A DNA stretch of 64,000 nucleotides, from IMG/VR virus record IMGVR_UViG_3300035491_000042, positions 32,001-96,000 of that record, one strand, 5' to 3'. The translations under genes were made by a program, and so were the position numbers. This DNA comes from a virus. Its lineage: Duplodnaviria; Caudoviricetes. How positions within the stretch are numbered: position 1 is the stretch's first letter; the number at the start of each line of letters is the position of its first letter. This document shows, piece after piece, positions 46,653-56,533 of this stretch. The notes under the pieces are model-generated. The model had not been told where the DNA came from. It searched no databases and saw only the letters and a program-made list of their open reading frames with translations.

Positions 46653-47671
46653 TGGTTGATCTGACTAAGATTCGCAAGGCTCTCACTAAACGAGACATCA
46701 TGACGGAGATGAATGACCCTGACGCATGGATCAGCACGGGTAACGCGCTGTTGAACTATCGCATGACGGGTCGCATCGATGTCGGTATCCCAAACCGTCG
46801 TTCTGTTCTGTTGTGGGGCGAGAGCGGCACAGGCAAAACGTTTCTAACGTCGAACGCAGCACTGGACGCTCAACGCAAAGGCTATACTATCATCTACATG
46901 GACTCTGAAGATTCAATCTCTGAAGACTACATGACCAAGATTGGTATTTCGCTGGATGAAAACAAGTTCCTTCCGATCAATGTGGCAACCATTGAGGAAG
47001 CCACAGTCGCATTGTCTGAGATTTTCGGTATTCTGGAACCAGACTCTAAGTTCATCCTGATCATCGATTCTCTGGCTGGTCTGCTTTCTGAGAAGGAAGA
47101 AACCGAGTTTGAGAAGGGTATCACCAAGGGTGATATGGGTCAGTTCAGCAAGAAACTGAAGCTGTTCGTGAAAAACATCAACAAGAAGATCAGCAAGTAT
47201 GATGCCTTCTGTGTAATGGTCACCCACGCGTACCAGAACCAAGACATGTTGAACGGCGAAGGTCGCTGGATTTGTACCGGTGGTAAGGGCTTCCAGTTTT
47301 TCCCTAGTATGGCTGTCAAGTTGGAAAAGGCTAAGCTGAAGGAAGGTGGTGAGGTTACTGCTGGTGTGCGCATCAAGTTCGAGGTCAGTAAGACTCGCTT
47401 CACCGCACCATTCCAGAAAGGTGAGCTACATGTTCCGTATACCAAGGGTCTGGACTTCAATGACGGTCTTCTTGAGGTACTGGAAGAAACTGGAATCGTC
47501 GGGAAGAACGGCGGCTGGTATAGCTACGAAGATGATGGTGAGACTGTGAAGTTTCAGGCCAGTAAACTTGACGATCACGTAGAGGCGCTAATGGTATTGT
47601 TCAACGAGAAGTTCGGTAAGGATGAGCTCGTTGAGAGTGATGAACACTTCGACGACGATATGTCAGAATGA
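46652..47671 (+). CDS. uvsX: RecA-like recombinase
   Basis: ISTGN..LN, GESGTGKT, DSE, IIDSL, GGKG, KTRFTAP. Confidence 0.9.
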   Translation: MVDLTKIRKALTKRDIMTEMNDPDAWISTGNALLNYRMTGRIDVGIPNRRSVLLWGESGTGKTFLTSNAALDAQRKGYTIIYMDSEDSISEDYMTKIGISLDENKFLPINVATIEEATVALSEIFGILEPDSKFILIIDSLAGLLSEKEETEFEKGITKGDMGQFSKKLKLFVKNINKKISKYDAFCVMVTHAYQNQDMLNGEGRWICTGGKGFQFFPSMAVKLEKAKLKEGGEVTAGVRIKFEVSKTRFTAPFQKGELHVPYTKGLDFNDGLLEVLEETGIVGKNGGWYSYEDDGETVKFQASKLDDHVEALMVLFNEKFGKDELVESDEHFDDDMSE

Positions 47672-47673
47672 AC

Positions 47674-47701
47674 AAGGGGAGCTAAGCTCCCCTTTTCTTT
47701 T
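47674..47701 (+). terminator. Intrinsic terminator
   Basis: AAGGGGAGC-TAA-GCTCCCCTT followed by a T-rich tract. Confidence 0.8.
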
Positions 47702-47761
47702 ACTTAATTTGGGTATTAAAAATTCGCTACTTCATAAATAGAGACATAGGAGAATGTATGT

Positions 47762-48814
47762 ATGTATCACTATGTCTATCGAATAACGTCCATTAGGGAA
47801 CAAAAACACTACTACGGTAGTAGATCATCACGACAACACCCACGAGATGACCTTGGCGTGTCATATTTTTCATCTTCAAGTGATCAGTCTTTTTTGCTCG
47901 ATCAAAAGGAAAACCCTCAATCCTACCGGTATAAGATCATTGTCGTAACCAAATGCAGGGAACGGGCGACGATGATCGAACAGAGGTTGCATAACATTTT
48001 CTCTGTGGACACGAATAAGAACTTCTTCAACCGAGCAAAGCAGACGAGCGAGAAGTTCTACCATGACGTAGCACACAACCGAGACAACCGCATTTTCACA
48101 TTCACGCATAAGGATGGTAGGCAACAAACATGTAGTGTGTATGAAATGGGGGTTCTTTACAGTTCCAAGCACTTCGGTGGGCTTGTTAGAGGCATCCATC
48201 GATCTGTCAAAGGCTGGTCAGTTAGTAACCACAGCAGAACGAAACCACTTGACTTTGTGTGTATTCAAGATGTTATGTGTCATTTCGTAAACAAGATGAG
48301 TGGTGAAGAGTTTGTCGGGACGTATGGTGAGTTTGTTCTGAAAACTGGTATAGATTTCTCCCGAAATCGACCATTTTTCGACGGGAGAAAAGTAAGCAAA
48401 AATGACTGGATGTACAAAGACGCATACGACAAACACATTGAGCTGATTGAACGAAAGAGACCGTGTCCTGCTATCATAGACACCAAATTTCTGTTTGTTG
48501 TCAACAACATTGAAACAGAAACAACACCACGTATATTATCTGAGGAATCTGGTGTTGCTCTGAGCGAGTTACTGACACTGATCAGGGGTGACATTAAAAC
48601 GTGTCGTGGGATTCATATGGCATGGAACCGTGAGAATTTCGCCCCGATTGGTAGGACAGACCAGAAGACATATCATTTGTGTTCTCCTAGTGGAGATACT
48701 GTTTCGCTTACTCGCGCTGATATGAAAGAGGTATTTGGTGTATCAGAAGGTGCAATTTCTATGTTTTTATCTGGAAAAACAAAGACATGTCGTGGTTATC
48801 GGAAATTAGACTGA
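47762..48814 (+). CDS. Free-standing GIY-YIG (Seg-like) homing endonuclease
   Basis: YHYVYRIT......YYGSRS...YFSSS...E......FFN; repeated C-terminal DNA-binding modules; TAAATA at 47735. Confidence 0.8.
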   Translation: MYHYVYRITSIREQKHYYGSRSSRQHPRDDLGVSYFSSSSDQSFLLDQKENPQSYRYKIIVVTKCRERATMIEQRLHNIFSVDTNKNFFNRAKQTSEKFYHDVAHNRDNRIFTFTHKDGRQQTCSVYEMGVLYSSKHFGGLVRGIHRSVKGWSVSNHSRTKPLDFVCIQDVMCHFVNKMSGEEFVGTYGEFVLKTGIDFSRNRPFFDGRKVSKNDWMYKDAYDKHIELIERKRPCPAIIDTKFLFVVNNIETETTPRILSEESGVALSELLTLIRGDIKTCRGIHMAWNRENFAPIGRTDQKTYHLCSPSGDTVSLTRADMKEVFGVSEGAISMFLSGKTKTCRGYRKLD

Positions 48815-48821
48815 AATGGGG

Positions 48822-48850
48822 TTGCTATATATTTAGCCATATGCTACTCT
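48822..48850 (+). promoter_or_regulatory. sigma70-like promoter for uvsY-uvsW
   Basis: TTGCTA-17 nt-TACTCT with TGn extension. Confidence 0.5.
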
Positions 48851-48870
48851 TCGGGCAATAGGAGTTCTTA

Positions 48871-49317
48871 ATGAAGATTCAAGATATTCAAACCAAATTC
48901 GCAGCTCTACAAGCAAGATTCGATCAGCTATACGAAGACACAGTCGACGACATCAGTGTTTCTGATAAGGTACTAAAAGAGGCACTGTCCACACAGGTCG
49001 ATCTTCAGCTTCAGTGGGGTATGTTCGGTAAGAACCTTTCACACCTGCACGACATATGTGAGATGGAAGTCGAGGCCGCATACGCCACAGCAGTTGGTAG
49101 AGAGATGAAAGACGGCTACAAGAGCGTGAATATCTCCGAGGCGAAAGAATATGCCAAAGCCGATGCCGACTACAAGGCTGCAAAGCGTCTTCTCATCGAC
49201 ATCCGACAGCTCCGTGACAACACACGCGAGATCAACGAGGCGATCATCAGCCGCAAGTACGTGCTGAACAACATCACTGGTGCTGTCATCGCCAGTGCAG
49301 AAAATCACATGATCTGA
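48871..49317 (+). CDS. uvsY: Recombination mediator (UvsY-like)
   Basis: 148-aa helical protein with E.KEY.KAD.DY; located between uvsX and uvsW. Confidence 0.7.
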   Translation: MKIQDIQTKFAALQARFDQLYEDTVDDISVSDKVLKEALSTQVDLQLQWGMFGKNLSHLHDICEMEVEAAYATAVGREMKDGYKSVNISEAKEYAKADADYKAAKRLLIDIRQLRDNTREINEAIISRKYVLNNITGAVIASAENHMI

Positions 49318-49325
49318 GGTGACAT

Positions 49326-49631
49326 ATGAGCCTAATGAACCGCATGCGCATTATCGACGACTTCTTCCATATTGAAGCAGACCCAGACACCCTTGAGTGG
49401 CTTTCTGGTAAGACGGATGAAGAACTTTCTGATATGATTGAGCGTCTTCAGAAAGAAAAAGAGGTCGCCATCCGACTCCAAAAAGACCTCACGATGTATC
49501 ATAACAACATCAAGACCGCCATGCTGCTGATCGAGTACCGCGCTCTGAAGAAGCTGTCTAACAAGGTGATGGCGTCTGTCATTGGTGATGAAGAAGTCGA
49601 GGAAGAGATCGGGGGCATCTCGCTCACATGA
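49326..49631 (+). CDS. Hypothetical protein
   Basis: 101-aa ORF with GAGG RBS, coupled to uvsW. Confidence 0.6.
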   Translation: MSLMNRMRIIDDFFHIEADPDTLEWLSGKTDEELSDMIERLQKEKEVAIRLQKDLTMYHNNIKTAMLLIEYRALKKLSNKVMASVIGDEEVEEEIGGISLT

Positions 49632-51088
49632 AAGAACTCCAGCTTACAATCCATGACCATGTAAACTTTGAACTGGCTGGCCTGCGTCGTAAGGATATTG
49701 ATTTTATTCGCGACAACACCGGTATCTTCGTCAAAGGCTGCTTCACTACGGCTGCATATAAAGCAAAGATTTGGGATGGCAGGGAGAGTCTGTTCGATGA
49801 GTCTGGCCTTGGATTCATCTATGAGCTGGATAAGGTTCTTGACAATGTTGAGCGCCTTGGGTACGACCTCGACGAAGACATCGACCTGATCGTAGAGCAA
49901 GAACCATTCAATCCCGATATCAAGGAGATCGATTCATCGTTCCTGCTTGAAGAGTCTGGACACCACCTACGCGACTATCAGGTCGACTGTATCAACGCAG
50001 CGATAAACAATCGCATGGGTCTGTTCGATGTTGGCACAAACGGTGGTAAGTCGTGGATTTGTGTCGGTATCTCAAAGGTTTACGACCCATTCATCAAAAG
50101 TGTTGTGATCGTTCCTACTGAGAAGCTCGCTAAGCAGACATATGCTGACTACGCTAAGACGAACCTGAACGCTGCTGTCCTCACGGCTAAAACCAAGCCT
50201 GCTGATCGGAAGAAGTTCATTCAGAACGCCCGCCACATCATCATCACCAACAAGCTGTTCATGAACTGTGTCAAAGAGTTTGCAAACTGCCAATGGGTAA
50301 TTATGGTTGATGAAATTCACACGTTTGGCGACGTTTTCGCCGATATGCTTCGCTTCGACATGGGACACTGCCCTGTTCGCCTTGGTATGTCTGGCTCCAT
50401 TCCGAAGGTGAAGGCTGATCCGTTCAAACGCAACAAGATTATGGCTCACTTGGGTGGTGGCATCCTGCGTACTGTCAAACAGAAAGAGCTTATGGAACGC
50501 GGTATCTCCAGTGCTATGAAGATTGAGATGGTTGTAACAAAGCATGCTGAGATCGAAGGTGTGATCGACGCGCTTGGTAAAGACTTTGACTGGTCAATAG
50601 AAGAAGACTATAACCTTTCTAATTCCGAGCGAATTCAGGCTATCGCGGACTTCATTGAAACCCGTCATAAGCAAGACCCAAAAAACACGCTGATTCTATG
50701 TCACGCTGGTCTTGGTAAGTTGATGTCTGATTACCTTGGCGTTGGGCTGATCGTGGACGAGACGAAGTCCGAAGTTCGAGACGATCTGTTCGCCAAGTTC
50801 GATGATATGGACGATCACATGTTCTGTGCTACGTTCGGAACTTCTGGTACTGGTATCTCATCCAACCGAATCTTCCGCCTGTACCTGATCGACGTGGGTA
50901 AGAACTACACGTACATCATGCAGGGCATCGGTCGTGGACTTCGTCGCGATGGTGTGGTTGATGAGGTTGAGGTGGTTGATGTTTCATCAAACAATCCTTT
51001 TGCTAAAAAGCACAGAAGAGAGCGATTGGCTATTTACAGGGAAGAGCATTACGAGTATACTGAAGGAACAAGCAACATCATTGTTTGA
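49628..51088 (+). CDS. uvsW: SF2 DNA helicase (UvsW-like)
   Basis: LRDYQ, GTNGGKS, VDEIH, GMSGS, QGIGRGLR. Confidence 0.9.
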   Translation: MKELQLTIHDHVNFELAGLRRKDIDFIRDNTGIFVKGCFTTAAYKAKIWDGRESLFDESGLGFIYELDKVLDNVERLGYDLDEDIDLIVEQEPFNPDIKEIDSSFLLEESGHHLRDYQVDCINAAINNRMGLFDVGTNGGKSWICVGISKVYDPFIKSVVIVPTEKLAKQTYADYAKTNLNAAVLTAKTKPADRKKFIQNARHIIITNKLFMNCVKEFANCQWVIMVDEIHTFGDVFADMLRFDMGHCPVRLGMSGSIPKVKADPFKRNKIMAHLGGGILRTVKQKELMERGISSAMKIEMVVTKHAEIEGVIDALGKDFDWSIEEDYNLSNSERIQAIADFIETRHKQDPKNTLILCHAGLGKLMSDYLGVGLIVDETKSEVRDDLFAKFDDMDDHMFCATFGTSGTGISSNRIFRLYLIDVGKNYTYIMQGIGRGLRRDGVVDEVEVVDVSSNNPFAKKHRRERLAIYREEHYEYTEGTSNIIV

Positions 51089-51105
51089 AAATTTGAGGAT
51101 TTTTA

Positions 51106-51585
51106 ATGAACTTTATTGATGAGGATATGAACCCAGTATCGTCGAAGACGGCTGGCTGCGTCGATACACAAATATTTGAGTTTTCCATCGAAGACGAAGA
51201 CTATATGCTACGATACCAGTATACTTGGGATGTTATCGAGGGCGACTTCTTCAATGTTCGCATCGGTGAACTATCATTCGATATTCCGGCTGGGACATAC
51301 ATCCTATGTTCCTGTCCTGATGGAAACATTGACTGGATTATGATTGATGAACTAATCGGTCGCGATATTCAAGTCTTGACCATATCGAAGAACCTTCGTA
51401 CATGGACACTGAACGATATCGCACTGAGAGATTACCGAAAAGACGGTAAGTGCTACTTCCCCATGTCCAAGGACAAAGCACCCATCCCGGTAACTTCCAA
51501 TGACTGTGGCGGTATCATTCTGGTTAGTAGCATCGACCAGCACAACAAAATGAAAGACAAGACTTTTGAAATATTCTTCGTATGA
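51106..51585 (+). CDS. Hypothetical protein
   Basis: 159-aa ORF with GAGG RBS. Confidence 0.6.
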   Translation: MNFIDEDMNPVSSKTAGCVDTQIFEFSIEDEDYMLRYQYTWDVIEGDFFNVRIGELSFDIPAGTYILCSCPDGNIDWIMIDELIGRDIQVLTISKNLRTWTLNDIALRDYRKDGKCYFPMSKDKAPIPVTSNDCGGIILVSSIDQHNKMKDKTFEIFFV

Positions 51586-52115
51586 GAGAGTATCTAGACG
51601 AGGCAAGACGCCGTATCCTTCTTGAAAATGGGTACAGTTTAGTAACAGCAGATACCATGGCTGAGAATATCATCCGTGGTAGAAGCATTGATTGGATGAT
51701 CATCGACGACGATGTGGAGGGGTATGATGGGGAAGTCTACCAAACTTTGTACCACAAGGACATTCTCACGTCTCCTGAGCCTGAGTATGAAGATGTGCAC
51801 ATCAACGAAGACGAAGCGTTTGAACTGCTTGTTTCTCGGATAGAGGCTTCCCCGCGTTTCAGTGACAACCCAGCGTACATTGAAAGGCTTGAACAAGAGC
51901 TTACATATTTTCAAAAGAAACAGAACACAATTTTTCTATTACGAACTTCCGACGTTATACAGAAATTTAAGGAAAATGGTGTGGTGTGGGGTGTTGGGCG
52001 TGGAAGTTCCTGTGCGTCTCTGGTATGCTACCTCCTAGAGATCAATGACATCGACCCTGTCAAATATGACATTCCTTTCATTGAGCTTACTAAAATCGAC
52101 GACAATGATTATTGA
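51582..52115 (+). CDS. Mini DnaE-like protein (fragment of DNA polymerase III alpha)
   Basis: RLEQEL..F...GVGRGSSCASLVCYLL.I.DIDPVKYDIPF; only 177 aa. Confidence 0.8.
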   Translation: MREYLDEARRRILLENGYSLVTADTMAENIIRGRSIDWMIIDDDVEGYDGEVYQTLYHKDILTSPEPEYEDVHINEDEAFELLVSRIEASPRFSDNPAYIERLEQELTYFQKKQNTIFLLRTSDVIQKFKENGVVWGVGRGSSCASLVCYLLEINDIDPVKYDIPFIELTKIDDNDY

Positions 52116-52140
52116 CACATAGTCCTCGTTCCTGTACGAT
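52112..52140 (+). promoter_or_regulatory. sigma70-like promoter
   Basis: TTGACA-17 nt-TACGAT. Confidence 0.7.
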
Positions 52141-52161
52141 AAAATTTTTGGAGACAACTGA

Positions 52162-52446
52162 ATGAACCCTGAAACATTTCGACCAATGAACGCCGATGTA
52201 CTTCTGAAGCTGAAACCCCACCACGAAGCGAGTGGTTCTACTATCTTCTACAAGGAAGACATCAGTCAGAACGACATGCAGAACTTCACAGTGATCGCGG
52301 TTGGCCCCGATGTGAAGTACGTAAAGGTCGGTAACACCGTACTGGCATCATGGAAACGTATCACACCGCCGTTCGCACTGGAAAGCTCCAAGAAGGAGTA
52401 CGGTGTTACCGCTGAGAAAGAAATCATGGCTATCATCGAGGAGTGA
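52162..52446 (+). CDS. GroES-like co-chaperonin
   Basis: FRPM...VLL, VIAVGPDV..VKVGNTVL, EKEIMAIIE. Confidence 0.75.
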   Translation: MNPETFRPMNADVLLKLKPHHEASGSTIFYKEDISQNDMQNFTVIAVGPDVKYVKVGNTVLASWKRITPPFALESSKKEYGVTAEKEIMAIIEE

Positions 52447-52449
52447 CAA

Positions 52450-52764
52450 ATGAGTCGCAGACTTTACACACGGTTGTCTTGTGTAGACACAGGAAACGAA
52501 TCCCTTGGGGTAGTCGACATATTCAACACCGATGAAGGCGTCAGTACCAAGGAAGCATTTAAAACAGCGAAGCTTGCCACACCACTCAAGTCTGGTGTAT
52601 ACAAGATTGTTGGTCCTGTAGCAGGTTGTCAGGCTGACGGCGAGGATGGGTACTTTACTCGAAACGAGCTTAATATCGAGAATCAATACCTTGTTTACGA
52701 TTCCAAGTCTCACTACTTGGATGTTATTCCTGCTGCTGATCTAGAAAGGCTTCGAGGTCTGTAA
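52450..52764 (+). CDS. Hypothetical protein
   Basis: 104-aa ORF, translationally coupled to the next gene. Confidence 0.55.
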   Translation: MSRRLYTRLSCVDTGNESLGVVDIFNTDEGVSTKEAFKTAKLATPLKSGVYKIVGPVAGCQADGEDGYFTRNELNIENQYLVYDSKSHYLDVIPAADLERLRGL

Positions 52765-53852
52765 TGGCTGAATATCATAAGATTGACATCGCAAGAGCGA
52801 AGAACCTGTTTCGTCGCATTGCCAAACACCAGCTAGCAAACCCAGACCGTGGTTGGAAGAATGTGTTCATCCATGGTGCTCCTGCTTTGGGTAAAAGCCA
52901 GATCGTTCGAGAGGTAGCAGAAGAGATCGGCGCTGATTTTATCGATGTACGCCTCGCTGGTGTTGATGCCTCTGCTGTACTTGGTCTTCCGTATGTATGG
53001 GAGGGTTCTCAGTTCTTTTCCACTCATACATGGTTCCCTACCGGTGAACGTCCTACTATCATTTTCTTCGACGAGCTGAAAAATGCGCTACCGGATACGC
53101 TGGTTGCATCTTTCGCGTTGATTCTCGACCGAAAGCTTCAGAACGGTAAAAAGCTGCCGGACAATGTGATAATCGTCGCCGCTGGCAATATGAGAACCGA
53201 TAAGACTGGTGCTCGGGAACTGTCAGTCGCAATGGCTACTCGTTTCGCTGTTCACATGGTTATCGATCCTGAGTCGGCGAAAAACACGTTCATCCCATAC
53301 GCCATCGACCGAAAGCTAAACCCGCACATCATCGGTTATTGCTCGTGGAAGAGGGACCACATCTACTTCGTTGGATCGAATGATGACTCTATCACCAGCG
53401 CTGTTCCTCGAACATGGGAGTTGCTGAGTGGTATCATGGAGATGTTCTCCGAGAGTGAGTATGACAGTGATGAGTTCTACGACGCAACACTTGGATGTGT
53501 TGGTAGCGTAGTCGGTGCAAACTTCTGCGCCTATATGAAGTTCGCATCGAAACTACCTGACTGGTCTCGTGTGCGAAGCAATGACCCAACGTATGAGTAC
53601 AAAATCCCGCGTGAAGAACCGGCTATCGAATTTGGGGTCGCCACTGGTCTTGCCGTAGAACTGATCGATGTCGTCGAGAACGACTCGTGTACCGATCTAA
53701 CAGGATACGCTGAGATTGCAAATCAGCTCCAAGACGAGATGTTCATTGTGTTCTTTCGAGCGGTAAGAAGCTCAATTCGGGTAGGCGTGAGTATTATTTC
53801 CAACCCGCTATTCTCTGGGCATTGGGAACGTCTCAAAACGAGAATCAAGTGA
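52764..53852 (+). CDS. MoxR-like AAA+ ATPase
   Basis: GAPALGKS, IDVRL, IIFFDEL, IVAAGN, TRF, PRTWE. Confidence 0.85.
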   Translation: MAEYHKIDIARAKNLFRRIAKHQLANPDRGWKNVFIHGAPALGKSQIVREVAEEIGADFIDVRLAGVDASAVLGLPYVWEGSQFFSTHTWFPTGERPTIIFFDELKNALPDTLVASFALILDRKLQNGKKLPDNVIIVAAGNMRTDKTGARELSVAMATRFAVHMVIDPESAKNTFIPYAIDRKLNPHIIGYCSWKRDHIYFVGSNDDSITSAVPRTWELLSGIMEMFSESEYDSDEFYDATLGCVGSVVGANFCAYMKFASKLPDWSRVRSNDPTYEYKIPREEPAIEFGVATGLAVELIDVVENDSCTDLTGYAEIANQLQDEMFIVFFRAVRSSIRVGVSIISNPLFSGHWERLKTRIK

Positions 53853-55096
53853 TGAGTATTTTCAGCGACCTTGGCATCGAGACTGTAGATGTACCAGAGT
53901 CATATACCCGTGCGTTAGCTGACACACGGGTTCAGATGATTCTGGCTTCTCCTCTTTTCTCATACCTCATTGCAAAAGTAGACGAGATAGGGTTTAGTCG
54001 TTTTGAACAAACAGCATTCGCCGTTGTGCACGAAGAGAGAACCGGGATATACTTCAATGATCAATTCTTCGGTAGTCTGACTCTGGAGGAACGAGCATTT
54101 GTCTTGTATCATGAGCTCTCTCATATATACAAGACGCATATCGAGCGGATGATTGATTTGGGGTATCGAAAGGAACGCTGGAACCGAGCCACTGACTATC
54201 AGATTAACCTCGATGCTGCTGGTGTGTACCTAAATGATAACGGTGATGTTGTTTATAATAAACGTTATCGAAAGTATATGTCTCTTCCTGCTGGTGGTTT
54301 ATACGATCAGAAGTATCTTGGTATGTCGTCTGACGAGATATATGATCTCCTTGATGATGATCCAGAGAATGACACTAACCATTTCGTCGGTAATGGGGGA
54401 TCGAAAAAACTCATTGAGCAACAGATTCGAGACGTCCAAGCAGCAACTACTTACGCAGAGATGACAGATCACGGTGTTGGTGTTGGTGATTGTGTTGGTG
54501 AAACGTACGTGATCAGGAGATTTCGCGAGTTGTATAAGCCGGTGGCTGACTGGGGTGCAATGTTCTTTGCTGCGATTGACAGTACGGTCCCGTCTCGACG
54601 CAGTTACATGAAATACTCGTCATTGAACCAACCAAACGGTGGGGTTATTTTCCCTGCAAACCATGGAAAGAAAATAAAAATCGCATTCGCCGTTGACACA
54701 TCCGGCTCAATGGGAGACGATGACTACCTGAGAGCAGTCTCCGAGTTAGACGGTATCATGAATAGTTATGAGAGCTGGGAGATCACACTCTTCAACTGTG
54801 ACACTCAAGCGCATAAAATCGGTACTTTCACCTCGGAGGATGGTATCACAGTGCGAGAAATCGCAGAAAAGACGATTGGGGGTGGTGGTACATACATGAG
54901 CCCAATCATCGAAGAAGTTGAAAGAAGTATCGAAGCCGATGATGAAAAAATCAACGCGGTTGTTATAATAACAGACGGTTATATTTCTGATGGCGATATT
55001 GACAACGCAATCAGATCAGATATAATGCTCATCGTTGTGGTAACAAAAGCAAAAACCCTAAAATTGAAAAAGGCAGTCACAATCCATGTTGAGTAA
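53852..55096 (+). CDS. Metallopeptidase-VWA protein (DUF2201-like)
   Basis: FVLYHELSH..H, WN.ATDY.IN, MIDAS-like VDTSGSM, GGGGT, ITDG; ATG at 53852. Confidence 0.85.
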   Translation: MSIFSDLGIETVDVPESYTRALADTRVQMILASPLFSYLIAKVDEIGFSRFEQTAFAVVHEERTGIYFNDQFFGSLTLEERAFVLYHELSHIYKTHIERMIDLGYRKERWNRATDYQINLDAAGVYLNDNGDVVYNKRYRKYMSLPAGGLYDQKYLGMSSDEIYDLLDDDPENDTNHFVGNGGSKKLIEQQIRDVQAATTYAEMTDHGVGVGDCVGETYVIRRFRELYKPVADWGAMFFAAIDSTVPSRRSYMKYSSLNQPNGGVIFPANHGKKIKIAFAVDTSGSMGDDDYLRAVSELDGIMNSYESWEITLFNCDTQAHKIGTFTSEDGITVREIAEKTIGGGGTYMSPIIEEVERSIEADDEKINAVVIITDGYISDGDIDNAIRSDIMLIVVVTKAKTLKLKKAVTIHVE

Positions 55097-55910
55097 AACC
55101 ACTAACGTAACAGCAAAATCGAAGAGCGATGAAGATATGGACGATATGGGTCCATCGTCCATCATGGTCGGCGTTGATCAAGAAGTAGGACGGGTAGTCT
55201 TGCAGATACGGGGTGCTATTCAACAACCAGCCGTCTACTCAGACGCTCTGAATTCTCTCCGTGAGATGGCTCGTCAGTACGACACGTGCATGGTCTACCT
55301 CAACTCCCCCGGTGGGGATGTATCAACCCTCTGTGAGCTCATGGATATTCTCAAGACATATCGAAACCTGATCACCATCGTGAACGGTATTGCCATGTCT
55401 GCTGCTTTCATGATCTGGTGTATGGGGAACGTCCGCGTCACCTCAAGAACTTCCCTTATTATGGCGCATCGGGAAGGGTATCAGTATACTGGTAAAACAC
55501 CACAACATGTTGTATTCTCTGAAGTGAACCAACGTCTTTTCCAGCCGATCTTTGCTACATACGTAGTACGCGGGATTATGACAGAGGAAGAAGTGAATGA
55601 CGCTGGTAAGACAGACGTCTTCTTCACCGGAAATGAAATGATTGAACGAGGGGTGGCTATCAGCTACGAATCTTTCATCGAAGCGGACACCACTCTACCA
55701 GTCCCGTATCATCGCTCGTATATCAACATTGGTGGTATCGAGTACGAGCTGTTGGACTCCTGTTGTGGCGTCCGTGTTAATGCGTTAGAAACCGATGACG
55801 ACTTCAATGTCGCAGTAAACCTTATCGAACTTCATTACAATACTGAGATCACCAGTGGTGGTTCTGGTATTGTTGGCGAAGACGAAGTAAACATCACTAA
55901 TATGCAGTAA
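55086..55910 (+). CDS. ClpP-like protease
   Basis: YLNSPGGDV, G.AMSAA, IMAH. Confidence 0.75.
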   Translation: MLSKTTNVTAKSKSDEDMDDMGPSSIMVGVDQEVGRVVLQIRGAIQQPAVYSDALNSLREMARQYDTCMVYLNSPGGDVSTLCELMDILKTYRNLITIVNGIAMSAAFMIWCMGNVRVTSRTSLIMAHREGYQYTGKTPQHVVFSEVNQRLFQPIFATYVVRGIMTEEEVNDAGKTDVFFTGNEMIERGVAISYESFIEADTTLPVPYHRSYINIGGIEYELLDSCCGVRVNALETDDDFNVAVNLIELHYNTEITSGGSGIVGEDEVNITNMQ

Positions 55911-55922
55911 AAGGAAAATACC

Positions 55923-56159
55923 ATGAAACACGAAACAAAAAGCAATGTACGTCAACTGAGCAGTGCGGAACGTCGATTCCGCAGTGTTATGCATCAATTG
56001 CGCACCAAAAACCGCCCTTCCGATAAGGAAACTCAGGTAGAGATTTCTCATCATGTGAAGAAAATCCACGACTATGGTTTTGGTTTCTTCCCGAATCATT
56101 ACGTCATGGATAGTATCATTGCGTTGGAAGGTATTTCCAACCGAATCCAAGGAAAATAA
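55923..56159 (+). CDS. Hypothetical protein
   Basis: 78-aa ORF with AAGGA RBS. Confidence 0.55.
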   Translation: MKHETKSNVRQLSSAERRFRSVMHQLRTKNRPSDKETQVEISHHVKKIHDYGFGFFPNHYVMDSIIALEGISNRIQGK

Positions 56160-56168
56160 GGGGACAAC

Positions 56169-56489
56169 ATGTCAGATATCATTTTTTCAGCAGAAGTATT
56201 GACCAAACTCGACAACGCCGTACAGGAAGCAGCAGACAGCCTTGTCCGCCAGCAAGGCGAGAAAGACCTTCGCGCAGAGATCGCATCGATGGTTAAAGAA
56301 GAAGTCGGGCTAACCACCGCCGAATTTAACGCACTGGTCAAGGAGCGTTACGATGACAGCATCAGCGAGAAGATCGCGAAGCTGGAGCTCACCGTTGAGC
56401 TGAACGAGAAGCTCACTGACCACCGTCGAAAAACCCGAACAGCTACTGCCATTCCGGCACCGGTTGACGGCGACTCGGACAGCGAGTAA
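56169..56489 (+). CDS. Probable dsDNA-binding protein (T4 DsbA-like)
   Basis: Helical pattern L...V.EA.....R...EK......K.E.G.....FN.LV..RY. Confidence 0.5.
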   Translation: MSDIIFSAEVLTKLDNAVQEAADSLVRQQGEKDLRAEIASMVKEEVGLTTAEFNALVKERYDDSISEKIAKLELTVELNEKLTDHRRKTRTATAIPAPVDGDSDSE

Positions 56490-56492
56490 AAT

Positions 56493-56518
56493 AGAAAGGG
56501 GCTCTGAGCCCCTTTCTT
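56493..56518 (+). terminator. Intrinsic terminator
   Basis: AGAAAGGGGCT-CTG-AGCCCCTTTCT. Confidence 0.8.
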
Positions 56519-56533
56519 GTTTTGGAGAGTTTC

